From assembly GCF_006345805.1 (NCBI RefSeq), contig NC_042999.1:17794001-17858000 (forward strand): a stretch of DNA of 64,000 nucleotides, read 5' to 3'. The position numbers and the translations under genes are program-made. This document shows, one piece after another, positions 12,968 through 27,055 of the stretch. Position 1 is the stretch's first letter. The number at the start of each line of letters is the position of its first letter. The DNA is from Octopus sinensis (Eukaryota). Under the pieces are notes generated by a model, which had not been told where the DNA came from, ran no database searches, and saw nothing but the letters and a program-made list of their open reading frames with translations.

Positions 12968-14031
12968 TATATATATATGAATATATATATATATATATAA
13001 TATATATGAATATATATATATATATGTTCATGTAAATTGTATTTTGTTTTTGTTATATCTTATTTTGTTCATGTGTTTACATCCACTTATTATTATCATT
13101 ACATATGCTTTTATGTATGTATAACAACAATACTAGTAATAATAATAATAAATCGAATCGAAAATATATATATATATTTAGTTATTTATTTCTATTAGTT
13201 TATTTATCTGTGTATTTATTATGTTTTCAGAATCCTCTATCGTCATATGTTGTGGTGTGTGTTAGCGCTCCATTCTAGCACTATATAAATGCGCATAGAT
13301 TTGTTAATTGGCATAGATATAAGTATAAATCAATGAAATTATAGACAAACACCAAGACATACATAGTACATTACTTTAATTTAGAACTAATTTCCATTTA
13401 GTAACTATCATGATTACACACACATGAACACGGGCACAGGGATATCTTATATAGTCAATCATTAATAATCTTCTGCTTTAGAGTTATTTAATTCGAAAGA
13501 CTACACAATTCCTTAGAACGATGTGGAGAAAATACTTAATTAAACTTTGTCGAAAAATAACGACTATGAAGTTAAACCCAACATCAATTTTTTACGGACT
13601 TGAAAAATGTATGTTGGTAAGAAGAAAGAAAAAGCGAATTAAACCAACCGCTGTTTTTATAACAATAACAAATCTATAGTGTCGTCTGCTGAACATACTC
13701 ATATTTCTAACAAGAAAATTACATATAAATAAATAAATAAATAAATAAATAAATATATAAATACATACATATATATGTATATATATAAATCTTTATTCTA
13801 TATATATATATATATGCATACATATACATATGTATATATATATATGTATGGTATATATATAATATATATATAATATTTATATATATATATTTATATATAT
13901 GTATATATGTATGTATGTATGTGTGTGTGTATGTATACACACGTACAAATATGCATATGCACAGAGAAAGAGAGACAAATCTACAGATATAGATATACAT
14001 ACATATATACATATATATATATGCATATATA

Positions 14032-14063
<32 letters not shown>

Positions 14064-14146
14064 GCACATATATTTATGAATATATATATATATATATATA
14101 TACATATATATATTATAATATATATATATATATATATATTATATAT

Positions 14147-14175
<29 letters not shown>
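12810..14175. repeat. two long degenerate (TA)n tracts (12810-13030, 13720-14175)
   Basis: Directly visible. Confidence 0.9.
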
Positions 14176-14177
<2 letters not shown>

Positions 14178-14779
14178 ATATATTGTTAATTTCTGTCTAT
14201 GCGTGTATGAGTGCGCATGATTTAGTGTCAAAAAGTAATAACATCACTGTAAAAGAAAAACATATTATCAAAACTTCATTTTTTTTTTTGTATTTTTTGT
14301 TTTCTGGTTTCTGTATCTTCATGTAAAGAATTTTGGTAAAATAATATAAAATGTAGTCGATGCAGAGAAAAAATTCAATAACCGAAAATATCATAGCGTC
14401 GGTGTCACCTACTTTGCTGTTACACGAATTGTCTTCTGTTACTCCCGTTTGGCGGTGTCGTTGTTGTTTGTGGTTATGTCGTTGTAGCGTCGAATTCTAT
14501 TTACTTACTGTGCCCTACCCACACACACTCTTTCACTCTGGTCGATCAGATTACAAATGTTTAGCAGGAAGTTTTCCTCATGTTCTTGTTATGAGATATA
14601 TGTATAGATACCAATACATGAGCCAGACATGATCGCATATGTGTACGTTTGTGTGCGCCTATGTGTGTGTTTGCGAGCTTTTATTTGTATGTGTGTTTGT
14701 ACGTGTGTGCGTGAATGTGTACGTGAATGTACGGAATTGTGTGTTTGTTTGTGTGTGCGTGTCTGTCGGAGAGTACCTT

Positions 14780-15150
14780 TTGTACTTGTTGCAGTCATTG
14801 GGCTGTCATAAAGCTAGGGCCCTTCTTTGGAAGATTTTACTCGTAGCGTTCGAAAGTTCGAAAACATGATACTTATCTGATCGAGTTCCGTTACCGAACC
14901 GTTAAGTTACGTGGACGTAAACAAACCGATGCTGGTCATGAACAGATGTTGGGGGAGGCAAGCATAAAAATAAAAGCACAAACATAAAGGTCCTCATACA
15001 TAAACACACCAATATACACAACGGGCTTCTTTCAGTTACTGTCTACAATTTGCACTCACAAATCATTAATCGTTCTAGTTCCATCGCTAGAAGAGATTGC
15101 GGAAAGGTACCACGTAGTGGGATTGAACACTCGACCATAAGATTGAGAAT
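14780..15150 (-). mobile_element. SINE family A, old degenerate copy
   Basis: gaaccgttaagttacgtggacgtaaacaaaccgatgc and acgggcttctttcagttactgtctac match the reverse complement of the family A body. Confidence 0.7.
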
Positions 15151-15331
15151 CCTACTTCTTACAAAATAACCACACACACAAATACACATGCACGCAAACA
15201 CGCACATACACAGAAACCCACATGTTCATACAAGCACACAGACATACACAAACACACATACTCAGAAACACATAAGTACATACACACACAAGCACACAGA
15301 AACACACAACATATATATGTATGCACTGACA

Positions 15332-15367
<36 letters not shown>

Positions 15368-15664
15368 GAAGAATACACGGACTTACACACACAGGTATGC
15401 ACAAACACACGCAACATATATAATATGCATACATGCGAATATATATATGCATTCGCACGTACATATATAACCATCCATACATACATAGACTCACACAGTC
15501 ACACATATACGTACAGGTATATATTTCAATGAAACATAGAACAACGTCTTGATGCAGTGTCACCAGGCAGATAAAAATTACTTCCCTTCCCGACCAAGGG
15601 AAGGTGGTGGCTATAAATAATGATAATAATGATGATGATACTACTACTACTACTACTACTACTA

Positions 15665-15725
<61 letters not shown>

Positions 15726-15730
15726 TAATT

Positions 15731-16182
15731 AGACCACCAGGCCAGATATAGTTGTCAGAGATCACGAAGAAAATATTCTTTCTAATTGATATATCAATAC
15801 CAGTAGATGACAACGTGTCTCTAAAAGAAATGGAGAAACTTTCAAAATACAAATACCTGGAAAAAGAGGTAACTAGAATGTGGAATCTGAAAACAGGTAA
15901 AAATTCCTATCATAGGAGGTGCATTAGGCATGATAAAAACATATTCAGGCAAATACATAACAAAAACCCCAGGACTTATAAACACATATAACATACAGAC
16001 AATTGCACTACTAGGCACTGCACACATCCTACGCAAAACACTTTCAATACAGTAACCATCAGAGCATCACAACAAATCACAGCACATACACAAGGCACAC
16101 ACAGCTGCACTCGGTAGTGAGGTGAAAGCACGCTATAAAAATAAAACTACTGAATAATAATAATAATAATAATATTAATAAT
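15731..16182 (+). mobile_element. R4/Dong-like non-LTR retrotransposon 3' end with restriction-like endonuclease and (TAA)n tail
   Basis: Translates (one frameshift) RPDIVVRDHEE..FLIDISIPVDDNVSLKEMEKLSKYKYLEKEVTRMWNLKT..IPIIGGALG..ALLGTAHILRKTLSIQ*, i.e. the PD..D..P..EK..KY..L RLE motif, then a 3' UTR and taataataa. It is preceded by (TAA)n. Confidence 0.9.
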
Positions 16183-16689
16183 GCCTTGCAAATTCTATTG
16201 TGTATAGGATACGTGCTGCTTACGCTATAGAGTTTGACTTTTTGTCAGTAAGACTACAGAGCCGTCAGAGGTGCTGTCCTTTCAATTGTAGAATCAAATA
16301 CCAACCACCCATCCATAGTACATTATGGATACTTTTTTGCGGCACCAATATTATTTATGTCGTTCGGTACTAGTTGGGTACTAGCAAACCTCACAGTGGA
16401 TGGGACACATGTATTGAAAAAGAATGTCATGGAGAGACTAACAGAGTGGTGGGTGAGAGTAAATTGATGTGGAGAGAGCAATGAATACAGAAGACAAGGT
16501 GACAGCAATTATAATGAAATATATATAGAATAAAAGAATTGTTTGAGTGTGAAGCATCAGCTTGCTACCTATCAACAAATGTGAGACAACACAGGAGGAT
16601 ATCTACCAACCAATGAGATTGCATATAAATCTCTAAGTGAGAGGAAGAGCTTAAGATATTTGGCTGCACGATTTCTGTTGATAATATTG

Positions 16690-16904
16690 TTCTTTACTAC
16701 CCACAAGGGGCTAAACACAGAGGGGACAAACAAGGACAGACAAATCGATTAAGTCGTTTACATCGACCCCAGTGCGTAACTGGTACTTAATTGATCGATT
16801 CCGAAAGTATGAAAGGCAAAGTCGACCTCGGCGGAATTTGAACTCAGAACATAACGGTAATACGAATTTCACCCGGCGCGCTAACGTTTCTGCCTGGTCG
16901 CCGC
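16690..16904 (-). mobile_element. tRNA-derived SINE, family B
   Basis: Reverse complement gcggcgacc.ggcagaaacgttagcg...gagttcaaattccgccgaggtcgactttgcctttcat...ccccttgtgggtagtaaaga; same family as 53787 and 54495. Confidence 0.9.
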
Positions 16905-17111
16905 ATTCTTTCTGTTAAAAATAGCCTGAGAGCGGACGTAGATCGTAGCTTAAACGCAGTTATATCGTCTTTGTTAAGCAGGAAATGAATGGGCTACCAA
17001 TGAAATGAACTCCAACACTTCTACCACTTGAAAACACGAATTTAAATAAAAAGTAAACGTTAAGCCTAAAGAGAAATAGTATATATGCATACATTATATA
17101 TATATATATAT

Positions 17112-17170
<59 letters not shown>

Positions 17171-17477
17171 TATATTTATATTTATATTCTCCGTTGCGGC
17201 TGTATGATTTTAAAGAAACAGGTGTAAAGCAATGTATTCTCTGAGAGTTGCATAGTTATTCTTTAACAAAACAAGAAGTTCGAAACGTTTTCAAAATATT
17301 TCAACTTCCTGTACTGTTTTAAGCATAAAAATATGTTTGTGTTTGCTTTAGACTTGGGTACTCACCTGATAGCATACCGATTAATGCAAGTTCAGTGTCT
17401 GCGGCCACCTGCTGTCATCAACGGTATGATTATATATCCCAGTGTAATTACTCCGATGATTCCCAGGCTTCCGTAGA

Positions 17478-17863
17478 GTAGGGGTCACTAAACATTTTTC
17501 ACAACGGGCCAGATAACTGAAAGAATGATGTTGCGGACCGCATAAACATTTTGTTCAATTCAATATAGTGATTACACAAAATATAAATACAACCAACATA
17601 TTTATTTACCAAAATTTATCAAAGAAGGCGACATTAGCAATAAGATAGTTATATCACACCCAATGCACAAATATCCGAATCTCACAAACTAAGCAGCAAA
17701 AAAGATTGGTGAGATTTATGAAACTGGTATTTAGCTTTTGAGACCTCATCCATATTTTCTTTGGAATTGCTGCGTCCAACCAATAGAATTGTTTTCAAAT
17801 ATCCATCACTCAACCACGTTCGATAGGCTGACTTCGATTCTTCATTATTGAAAATGTTTGCTC
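17478..17863 (-). mobile_element. hAT (Charlie/SPIN-like) DNA transposon 3' remnant
   Basis: Minus strand CEQTFSIMKN.(fs).SAYRTWLSDGYLKTILLVGRSNSKENMDEVSKAKYQFHKSHQ resembles the hAT C-terminal dimerisation region. A terminal taggggtcactaaac resembles hAT TIRs. The remnant is truncated by the SINE at 17864. Confidence 0.7.
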
Positions 17864-18035
17864 ACAGGCGCATGAGTGGCTATGTGGTAAGTAGCTTGCT
17901 TACCAATCACATTGTTCCGGGTTCAGTCCCACTGCGTGGCACGTTCGGCAAGTGTTTTCTACTATAGCCTCGGGCCGACGAAAGCATTGTGAGCGGATTT
18001 CGTAGACGGAATTATGAAAGAAGCCCGTCGTATAT
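17864..18035 (+). mobile_element. SINE family A, 5' half
   Basis: acaggcgcatgagtggctatgtggtaagtagcttgcttacc...gaaagaagcccgtcgtatata, then lost in (TG)n. Confidence 0.88.
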
Positions 18036-18044
18036 ATGTATATA

Positions 18045-18087
<43 letters not shown>

Positions 18088-18158
18088 GGTTGTGTGTGTG
18101 TGGTGTGTGTGTGTGTGTGGTGTGTGTTTGTGTGTTGTGTGTGTGTGGGTGTGTTGCG

Positions 18159-18189
<31 letters not shown>

Positions 18190-18768
18190 TGGTGTGTAGT
18201 GTGTGGGGGGGGCATAGATAATTAATTTACGGATACGTAATTTATTGAAGGAAACAAAAAATAAATAACATGTATTTATGAAAACTTGATAGCTGTGTTA
18301 CGTTCAGAGTCCTAGCAATAGATTTAAAGTATTAAGAATGATTACTACTGACTACATCAAAGTTCCTTAATTGGCTGTAAAGTGCGTTACACCTCCTATC
18401 GATTCGCCGTTCAAAAGAGGAAGTAATATTTGTTTTTTATATATCTAAAAATCACTTTAAAACAGAAAAGTGCAAAAGAAGTTGTAAATACTGGGGCAAT
18501 TCATTAATTTCGAGATATTGCAAACTTAACATTTAAAAATTATTTCCTGCAATTAATTTTCTGCTAATAAAATATTTCTTACAGTCAAATGTGTTTAGTC
18601 TTTGTAGATGTCCCAAATGACAGTAATAAATCTCACTCTTTCTTTCTTTCTTTCGTTCTTTCTTTCATCCTTTCTTTCTTTCTTTTTACTTTCTCTCTCT
18701 TCGTCTCTCTCCTATCTATATATCTATCTTTAAATATACATATATACATACACACACACACACACACG

Positions 18769-18854
<86 letters not shown>

Positions 18855-21800
18855 GTATATAATATGCATACATATATGCATATGTGTGTATATATATATA
18901 TGTATGCACATATGTATTTATTATGTTAATCGTTATGCACGACTTACTACTTGCAATGTACATTTTAATATTATATATTTACTTGCTTTTATTTTCACTA
19001 AATACACACACACACACGCTCAAATATATATGTAATACATAACTGAGCAACGAACAGTACATTATTGAAATAGTAACATCACTTCAATCATCTTATTTTG
19101 ACATCACATTGTAGTTCAAATTCTGCTTCCCCCAAAATACATTGAAATATTATACAGCGGAAACATTCATATATGCATACACATTTACAGATATATGGTA
19201 TTCTATATAGACACACACATAGAAACTACCAAACAGGAATCATATAATATAAAATATAGTATTATATATACTGACCAAGTGTTTACATCTGACAACTCTT
19301 TGATCGTGTATATGCTCGATCTGGTTTGAAATGGTGCTAAGCCAACATCTAAAATATCGGACACAACATACCGATGCTTTACCCTAGTTGAATATTTACT
19401 GAGTCTTTGAAAACTGAAATTATATTTATCTGTCCGTAGTGCGGTCATCAGAAAAAAGCCTGGAAGTTGTTTAAATGTTGTTTGAAAACAACTGACTTCA
19501 CATTGGCTACTAATAACATTGAAATAATTTCAATCTGAAAAAAAAAATGAACATTCTGTGGAAATTCATGTTGTATATATTTGAAAAAACAATTTAAAAT
19601 TAATAAAATGGCGGTATTATGCTTGAAAAAATATTGTGGATTCTGAATTCTTACTCCTGTCAGCTTAAGAAATTTTCGATTGGAAACAGATATTCATATA
19701 TGATTGTATAATACTTGTGTTTACCTGTACGTTTGCTAGTCAGTAATAATTGCTAATATTACAAAACTGGAGGTAATCTACGATTTTGGAACTAAGACAA
19801 TCGTCTAAGGAAATAATTTTAATCAATGAAAATTAGTTATTCAACAAAGAACTGGTATGTTAAATGCATTATTAATTCTGGGATTCTACTCTGAGATATG
19901 ATAAATAGATTGATACTTTTCTCTGTTACTTAGCTACTAACCTATATTTCAAACATCATAATTCCATGCCTAAATATAGGTTACCCGTAACACAACGACA
20001 AAATGGTTTGCGCAGCCTCAAGCAAAATCCTGAAAGACATCAAAGCAAATGCTCAGATGTTATGCAAAATAAATTAATTGCAGATGAAAACGATATTAGT
20101 ACCATATACCAGCATTTATATTTGGAGATATGCATTTCTAGAGAAGCCACCGTTATTATCACTGCTAAGAAACTCATTATTTACAGTGGTATTACAAAAA
20201 AACACGCGTTCAACTTTTTACTTATTTGTATCTTATCTGACGCTATTACAAAGTTATGCCGAGCTTACACTGCGACAATCTGTACATGTAACACTTTTGT
20301 GTATCTTTGGATTCCTAACTGTGGGTGCAGTTTTGTCCTCAATGGGCAGATCATCCAGATTGCTAAATTTGTAACATTTATGAAAGTATACAATATATAC
20401 ACAAATACATGCAAACATACACACACGCATGCGCACACACATACACACACACACAAACAATCTTACACGCGCACATCCACACATATACATATAAATATAC
20501 ATATGCATACTTATGTTATGATCCATTTCTTATGGTAACTGTAACATTAATTTTGATTCCTTAGAAGCAGATTGCCAAATCTATTGTCGTGGAGGCACAC
20601 AATGCTTCGATTCATGGTGCTAACCATGATGTCTCAACCAATTCTGCGATTCCAGTAGTTTGGCATTTAATGTGTCAGTTATGACTAACATCTGACATCA
20701 ATATTGGCAAACTTTGATATATATTTGAAGTAAAACACCTGTGTCACTTTTAAAATATTTTCTTATGTTTAACTGAAGGAAATATGTTTTCATCTAAATG
20801 AACACACCTAAACCGGAAAAACAAACTACGTCCAAAACAGGAGCACGAGATGTCCAAGATCTTAAAACTAACCCAAAGCTCTTAATCATGTATGGGTATG
20901 AAAATTCACTCGTAAAACAAAATTTTAAAATTATTAGTTGAATAAATTGACACTCTGTCTACAAAGGCAATTAAAGTTGAGTGAAATAGATTTAATGACA
21001 TTTTCTTCAATAGAGCCTCATTGAATTAAGAATTATACGTATACATTCTAAAATAAGTCATACAACAGATTAGTAAAATATCCCTCACACACCCTACACC
21101 TCTGAACTATTAAAGTTGTGCCTTTATCTCTAAACGTATGTTACTCCAGCGGCTTTTAATTCTTCCTAATCTTTGCTCCAGTACATGAACTTTCCATTGT
21201 ATCAATGTCTATCTCATATTTTTAATTGCCACCAATGTAATTAATTATAGGTTTCAAATTCTGGCACAATACTTCTGGCTGAATAATGTGCATTTTGCAT
21301 TCATTGTGAAACTATAACTGTTAGGTAATATGCTATTCAAAATATGAAGAAATGTAACGAGCCCACGAATTTATAAGCATGTTCATATGCATATCTGCTG
21401 ACAAATAGCCTCAATACATTCTTCTGTGATACCCTTTGACCTGAAGATGACTAACCTAAACATACACACTTAATTGTAAGCTATACATGTATGAATAATT
21501 TATTACAAATAGTACTTCCCGAAATATAAAAAATTAAAAGAAAACTATCTATATCATCTTACCACCATAGCCTAATATATATTATAATTATCAATGAACA
21601 GAAATCAGGATACTGCAAAAAGTTTTAACTCAGCTGAAACTATATAGAGCCAAGATGTGCTTAAATTATTTTCAGTTACACGATAGTTTAGCTAGTTGTA
21701 AATTCGAAGGCATTTTAATTCTGTTCCTGTTCAAGGATATGCATGTATGTATGTCTGTCTATCTGTATGTCTGTCTGTATGTATGTATGCATGTATGTAT

Positions 21801-22029
21801 GTCATCATTTAGGTTATTTCAAGATCCTTGCAAATAGAGAAAGGACAGGTTCCTAACCTGGATCTAAGTGTCCTTCATTGGAATTTCAACGTCAACAACA
21901 CAGTATTTTTGTTTATATGCATGTATGTATGTGTCGACTGTTTTTGTTTATTTCATGTATATATAAATATCCACATAGATGCATATCTAGAAGTGGTCAT
22001 ATATACATAAATGAAAATCTTCTGGAATG

Positions 22030-22350
22030 TTTTACACATTCCTACAGGTCCAGTGATGGACTGCATCTGTTGACTTCGAATTAGCTTTCTCCTTTCTGGT
22101 TTTGAGAATAATCCAGTGCCCAAATAATTACAGGTATAAACCTACACTAGTAATATGGATAGAGGAACTGCAGATTTCTCTATAGCTCAACATAGGACTA
22201 CAATTTTTCACTGATCATCTTTATGTTAACATCCGCTGGGCAGCTAATTTCCACAGTTGTGCACAGTTTATCTTCTCTATCCCCAATCATAATATCAGGT
22301 CTGTTGCGCTTACATTTCAAAGAGGTCTTCACTGGTACATTTCACCAGTG
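22030..22350 (-). mobile_element. RLE-type non-LTR retrotransposon endonuclease remnant
   Basis: Minus strand NVPVKTSLKCKRNRPDIMIGDREDKLCTTVEISCPADVNIKMISEKL*SYVEL*RNLQFLYPYY*CRFIPVIIWAL contains the PD..E..CP RLE signature with in-frame stops. Confidence 0.8.
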
Positions 22351-22383
22351 TTCCTTTTTAACATGTATGTATGCATATACGTA

Positions 22384-22458
<75 letters not shown>

Positions 22459-22494
22459 CGTGCGTATGTGTTTGTGTATATATTTGTGTGTCTC

Positions 22495-22680
22495 TTTGTC
22501 TCGCAAAGATCACTTGACAACCGATGCTGGTGCGTATACGTCCCCATAACCTAGCGGTTCAGCAAAACAACCGATGGAATAAGTACCAGGCATACAAAGA
22601 ATAAGTCCTGTGGTCGATTTGCGCGACTAAAGCCGGTGCTCTTACATGCTCGCAGACAAAGGACTTAAATAAGTACAATA
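22495..22680 (+). mobile_element. SINE family A, 3' half
   Basis: cacttgacaaccgatgctggtg...gaataagtaccagg...ggtcgatttgcgcgactaaagccggtgctc. Confidence 0.82.
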
Positions 22681-22889
22681 ATACATACGTATAGACATAT
22701 GCCCATACATATATATATAACTATATATAAACACCATACACACAAAACTGAATATAAGTATATTATATATATATATATATAAACGTGTGTTTGTGTCTGA
22801 CTCTGTGTGTGCGTGTGAGAGAAATTATAGAATCGAGAAATATTTTACTTACATCGATCTATTCGATCCGAAAGTAAAGATGAAACATA

Positions 22890-22896
22890 CGATAAA

Positions 22897-22937
<41 letters not shown>

Positions 22938-23193
22938 ACATATATATATATATATATATATATATTATACATATACATATATATATATTATATATATATA
23001 ACATATACATATATATATATATATTATAATATATATATTATATACATATAATATATATATATATATATATAACATATACATATATATATATATATATATA
23101 TACATATACATAATATATATATATATATTATATATATATAATATATATAATATACATATATATATATATATATTATATATATATATATATATA

Positions 23194-23277
<84 letters not shown>

Positions 23278-23323
23278 ATATATATTATATACATATATAT
23301 ATATATATATATACATATACCTA

Positions 23324-23359
<36 letters not shown>

Positions 23360-23366
23360 ATAATAC

Positions 23367-23398
<32 letters not shown>

Positions 23399-23470
23399 AT
23401 ATACATATACATATATATATATACATATATATATAATATATACATATACATATCTACACATATACACATA
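22890..23470. repeat. about 580-bp degenerate (TA)n/(TACATA)n tract
   Basis: Directly visible; source of the IY-rich ORFs at 22965-23469. Confidence 0.97.
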
Positions 23471-26301
23471 TAAATTTGTGTGAGAATGGATGCCTTCTGT
23501 TAAACGAATTTATATGTTTAAATTTCTATTTAAACATAGAAATATATATATATACATATCCACACACATACAAATATATATTTGTGTGAGAGTGGATGCC
23601 TTCTGTTTAAACAAGTTACACACCACTCTTCTAATGTTTTTTGTTACAATAACATTTTATGAATTTTGTAACTATATTTTATACTCAGAACCGAAATATG
23701 CCATTGTTGTTTTGGTCAAAGTCTTCAACTCATATGAAGAAATACTTATTAAGATATTTATTAAATCTATATAAAATATTTTTATCTTTCTCAATTTAGA
23801 TAAAGTTAATAAGTGTCAAGCTGCTGCTAATGTGAAATACATAAATAGCAAATATATCTAAATAATATATTTTATTATATAATACGTCTGATGCAAAAAT
23901 ATGGTGAAATATTATATGTACTTTGTTAATGTGTGTTTATTTTGGTTTAGAACAGACAAAAATAGCATATAATGATAATAATTAAATAATAGATGGAGCC
24001 GATAATATAGGGGGTCACTATACACACGAAACAGACAATAAATGTGTCTGTCTTAGAACATGGTAACAAATTATTGTTAATAAAACTTAGATTGATATAA
24101 TTATATATAAGAATATATAAGCATACATATATACGTATACACACATGCACACGTTCACTCACACACGCATACACACACATGCACACACATATTAAGATAA
24201 TGTAGTATATCAGTTGTGTGTAGCCAACATTATGTAATATTAGTGTTTGGCCAATTAATTACTATTTTCATAAACAATTATTTTCCTCTTAGATTTCCAG
24301 AATAAAAAAAAAATGTGTGGAAAAAGAACTTCTAGTTCCTCAAAATCTGATTCCATGCAAAGATGTCCAGACTGGAAGCTAGGCGTTATTGCATTTCTTC
24401 TCTATAATTTCTTTTTTCCCCCTCTCGTCTTCCAAACTTTCTCTTCGCTGTTACTTTGTCATTACTTTACCTGTCTAGTAAGAATATATTTCAGTTTTGC
24501 CTTTATAATTAACGTAAGTAGTTTATCGAAACTGGAAAGAAATTTATTCGTTATTGTTTCTTTTCACTTTCTTGTAATAATGCTCTTCAGATCTGCTACT
24601 GAATTAATATACTCAATACCAGGTATATAATGAATTTTTATCATAAAGTGAGCGGCCTTTTTTTAAAGTGGAGACAGTGTTTCCCTTTTGGAAAGATAAG
24701 TGCTTTTGAAATGCATATCAACTATAGGTTATACTGTTGTAAATTGGACAAGCATAATTATGATTAAAATATTTTGTTAATTGCGTAATATTGTCAGATT
24801 ATTTAGAAAAAAATAATTATTGATTCGGTGTGCATTTAATGAGTACTTGCTGTTTATATGTCAACAATGATGTGAACTGAAGTGATATGCCCTATAAATT
24901 ATAATCTTAAGTGTCTTTGTTTTTATTTATACATACCTCATTTTAAATCATTGGACGTATGATATTAGGCATATTATTCGTATTATGTTTGTAATAAACG
25001 ATATAATGAGTGAATTGGTCGAATGTAACACTGAGTTATCGACGTATACATGCTACACATATATTTTCGAATACATCCATAATGTTGTTTTAAAAGAATG
25101 ATGATATGGTTTACCAAAATGTCACAAAAGACGTTGATGAACATTGAAAGATAATACAATGGTGTAACTGGATTCAGTGAAACGTAACATATCACATTTA
25201 ATGATTGATTGCTGTCTATCATGTTCATGCCCTTGCATGCACAGTTCAGATTCCACACGACTTAATTGTAGTCATTCATTGATATTGAAATTTTGCAGAA
25301 GAAAATTGATTGAGATACGTGCAAGGACCTATAAATGTTTTTAGCCAAATCACGGCAAATGAGAAATAACTAATAAAAACGATTCATAGTTGAAGAGAAT
25401 ATTGTATGTTACAACTACAAAACATAGGGAGATATTTACGTGCTTACGCAATTAAGACAAGATATTATCTTTTATATAGCACTTAATCAGAGAGAAACCG
25501 ATTTAAAGCGCCATACACAAAAAATATTCTTTGACAAAAGTGAAAATAGCCATCAGAAGCATAACATTAATAAGAATGATAAAAACTGCTAAATTCTGGT
25601 GAGAAATATGTCACCGGTATTCTGAGTAGAATGTGTAATATTCTTTAAAATTGGAAGGTATCTCAGGATGTCACAGAATCAATATTACGTTACGGCCAAA
25701 AAGTCAAATACATCATATTGTAAAGGCAACTTGCTAATTGGTTTAATTAGCAGTCATAGAAATATTGAGCAATATATGTTAATTGAGCTACTGAAACTAA
25801 GAATGAAATTGATATTTAATAATACAAAGGTAGCTATCCAAAAAGAAAGAGATGTAGGATTTTTGTATATATTTGAAAAAAGAATACGTGCATTCATGAA
25901 GCCTTTTACAAGGGTTTCTGCAATAAGTAATGAGTAAAACTTCTGAATCTAGTGAAGAAAATATCAGAGTAGGTATTTGAGAAACCAGCATTCACCATTT
26001 TACTGATATTACTAATCTCTTACAGAAAGTTGAGGTGAACTTTGAGATCTAAGAGTGCAAACATTGCCAGTGTGATAGTAAGATAATGATATACAAATAA
26101 ATAAAATTTCTGAAAACTTTCGTACAAAGCTAAACCTCGCATCCGTATTTAAGGACTGAAACATCTGAAACACTAACAGATGCCAAGATAAAAGATAATC
26201 AAAAACTTCGTTACTACCACTGGAAAGCTTGAAATATTTACATTTGGTTTCGAAAGTAAGTAAATTATACGTATATGAAAATAAATTATTATAACTTTTA
26301 G

Positions 26302-26353
<52 letters not shown>

Positions 26354-26579
26354 TCATAATTAATCAATATAGAGTGGCAAAAAATTTTGTAGAATTTTTG
26401 CCACCAGCGGCCTAGTGGGAAAAAATTAAATAGTCATAGACCATTTTTAAGTTCAACATCACAATCAAGGAACGGCCATAATAGGCCATTCACCCACTAG
26501 AAATAACAGCCAAAGCTTCAACCGCAAAATAATATCAATTCCGTAAGCCAGGAGAAAATTAAAAAACATTTACCCTGTA

Positions 26580-26686
26580 ATTTCTTATACGATGCACCGT
26601 TTCATCTACTGTTTAATGGTAAACTAACCTGATTAAATTAAATCAAGCCAATCTTCCATAGGCCCTTAGAATCATCAGTAAGAAAT
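26580..26686 (-). ncRNA. type I hammerhead ribozyme with extended stem II (family H2)
   Basis: Minus strand AUUUCUUA-CUGAUGA-[68-nt stem II]-GAAA-CGGUGCAUCG-UA-UAAGAAAU; perfect 8-bp stem I, near-palindromic stem III, GUA triplet. Confidence 0.75.
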
Positions 26687-26948
26687 AGCCAAGTCGGAAC
26701 AGATATTTTCACGAGGCATTTCCGCCGATTCCATTACGGAATTAACCAGAAAATTCATAATTAATCAATATTAATCAATATATTGATTAATTATGAATTT
26801 TCTGGTTAATTCCGTAATGGAATCGGCGGCTTATATTTATTTGCTGCCGATAAATTTGGCGCGAGTGCGATAATTTGAAAATTTTAGGTCAGATATTGCC
26901 GAGGCAGGGACGGAAATGCCTCGTGAAAATATCTGTTCCGACTTGGCT

Positions 26949-27055
26949 ATTTCTTACTGATGATTCTAAGGGCCTATGGAAGATTGGCTTGATTTAATTT
27001 AATCAGGTTAGTTTACCATTAAACAGTAGATGAAACGGTGCATCGTATGAGAAAT
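26949..27055 (+). ncRNA. type I hammerhead ribozyme with extended stem II (family H2)
   Basis: AUUUCUUA(26949-56)-CUGAUGA(26957-63)-stem II UUCUA...UAGAU with inner AUUGGCUUGAUU/AAUCAGGUUAGU helix-GAAA(27032-35)-CGGUGCAUCG-UA (cut after 27047)-UGAGAAAU. The stem II closing pair is U-U rather than canonical. Confidence 0.75.

Noticed and set aside
23445-23616. About 105-bp tandem duplication containing gtgtgaga.tggatgccttctgtt
   Set aside because: Local duplication at the edge of a (TA)n tract; no further structure.
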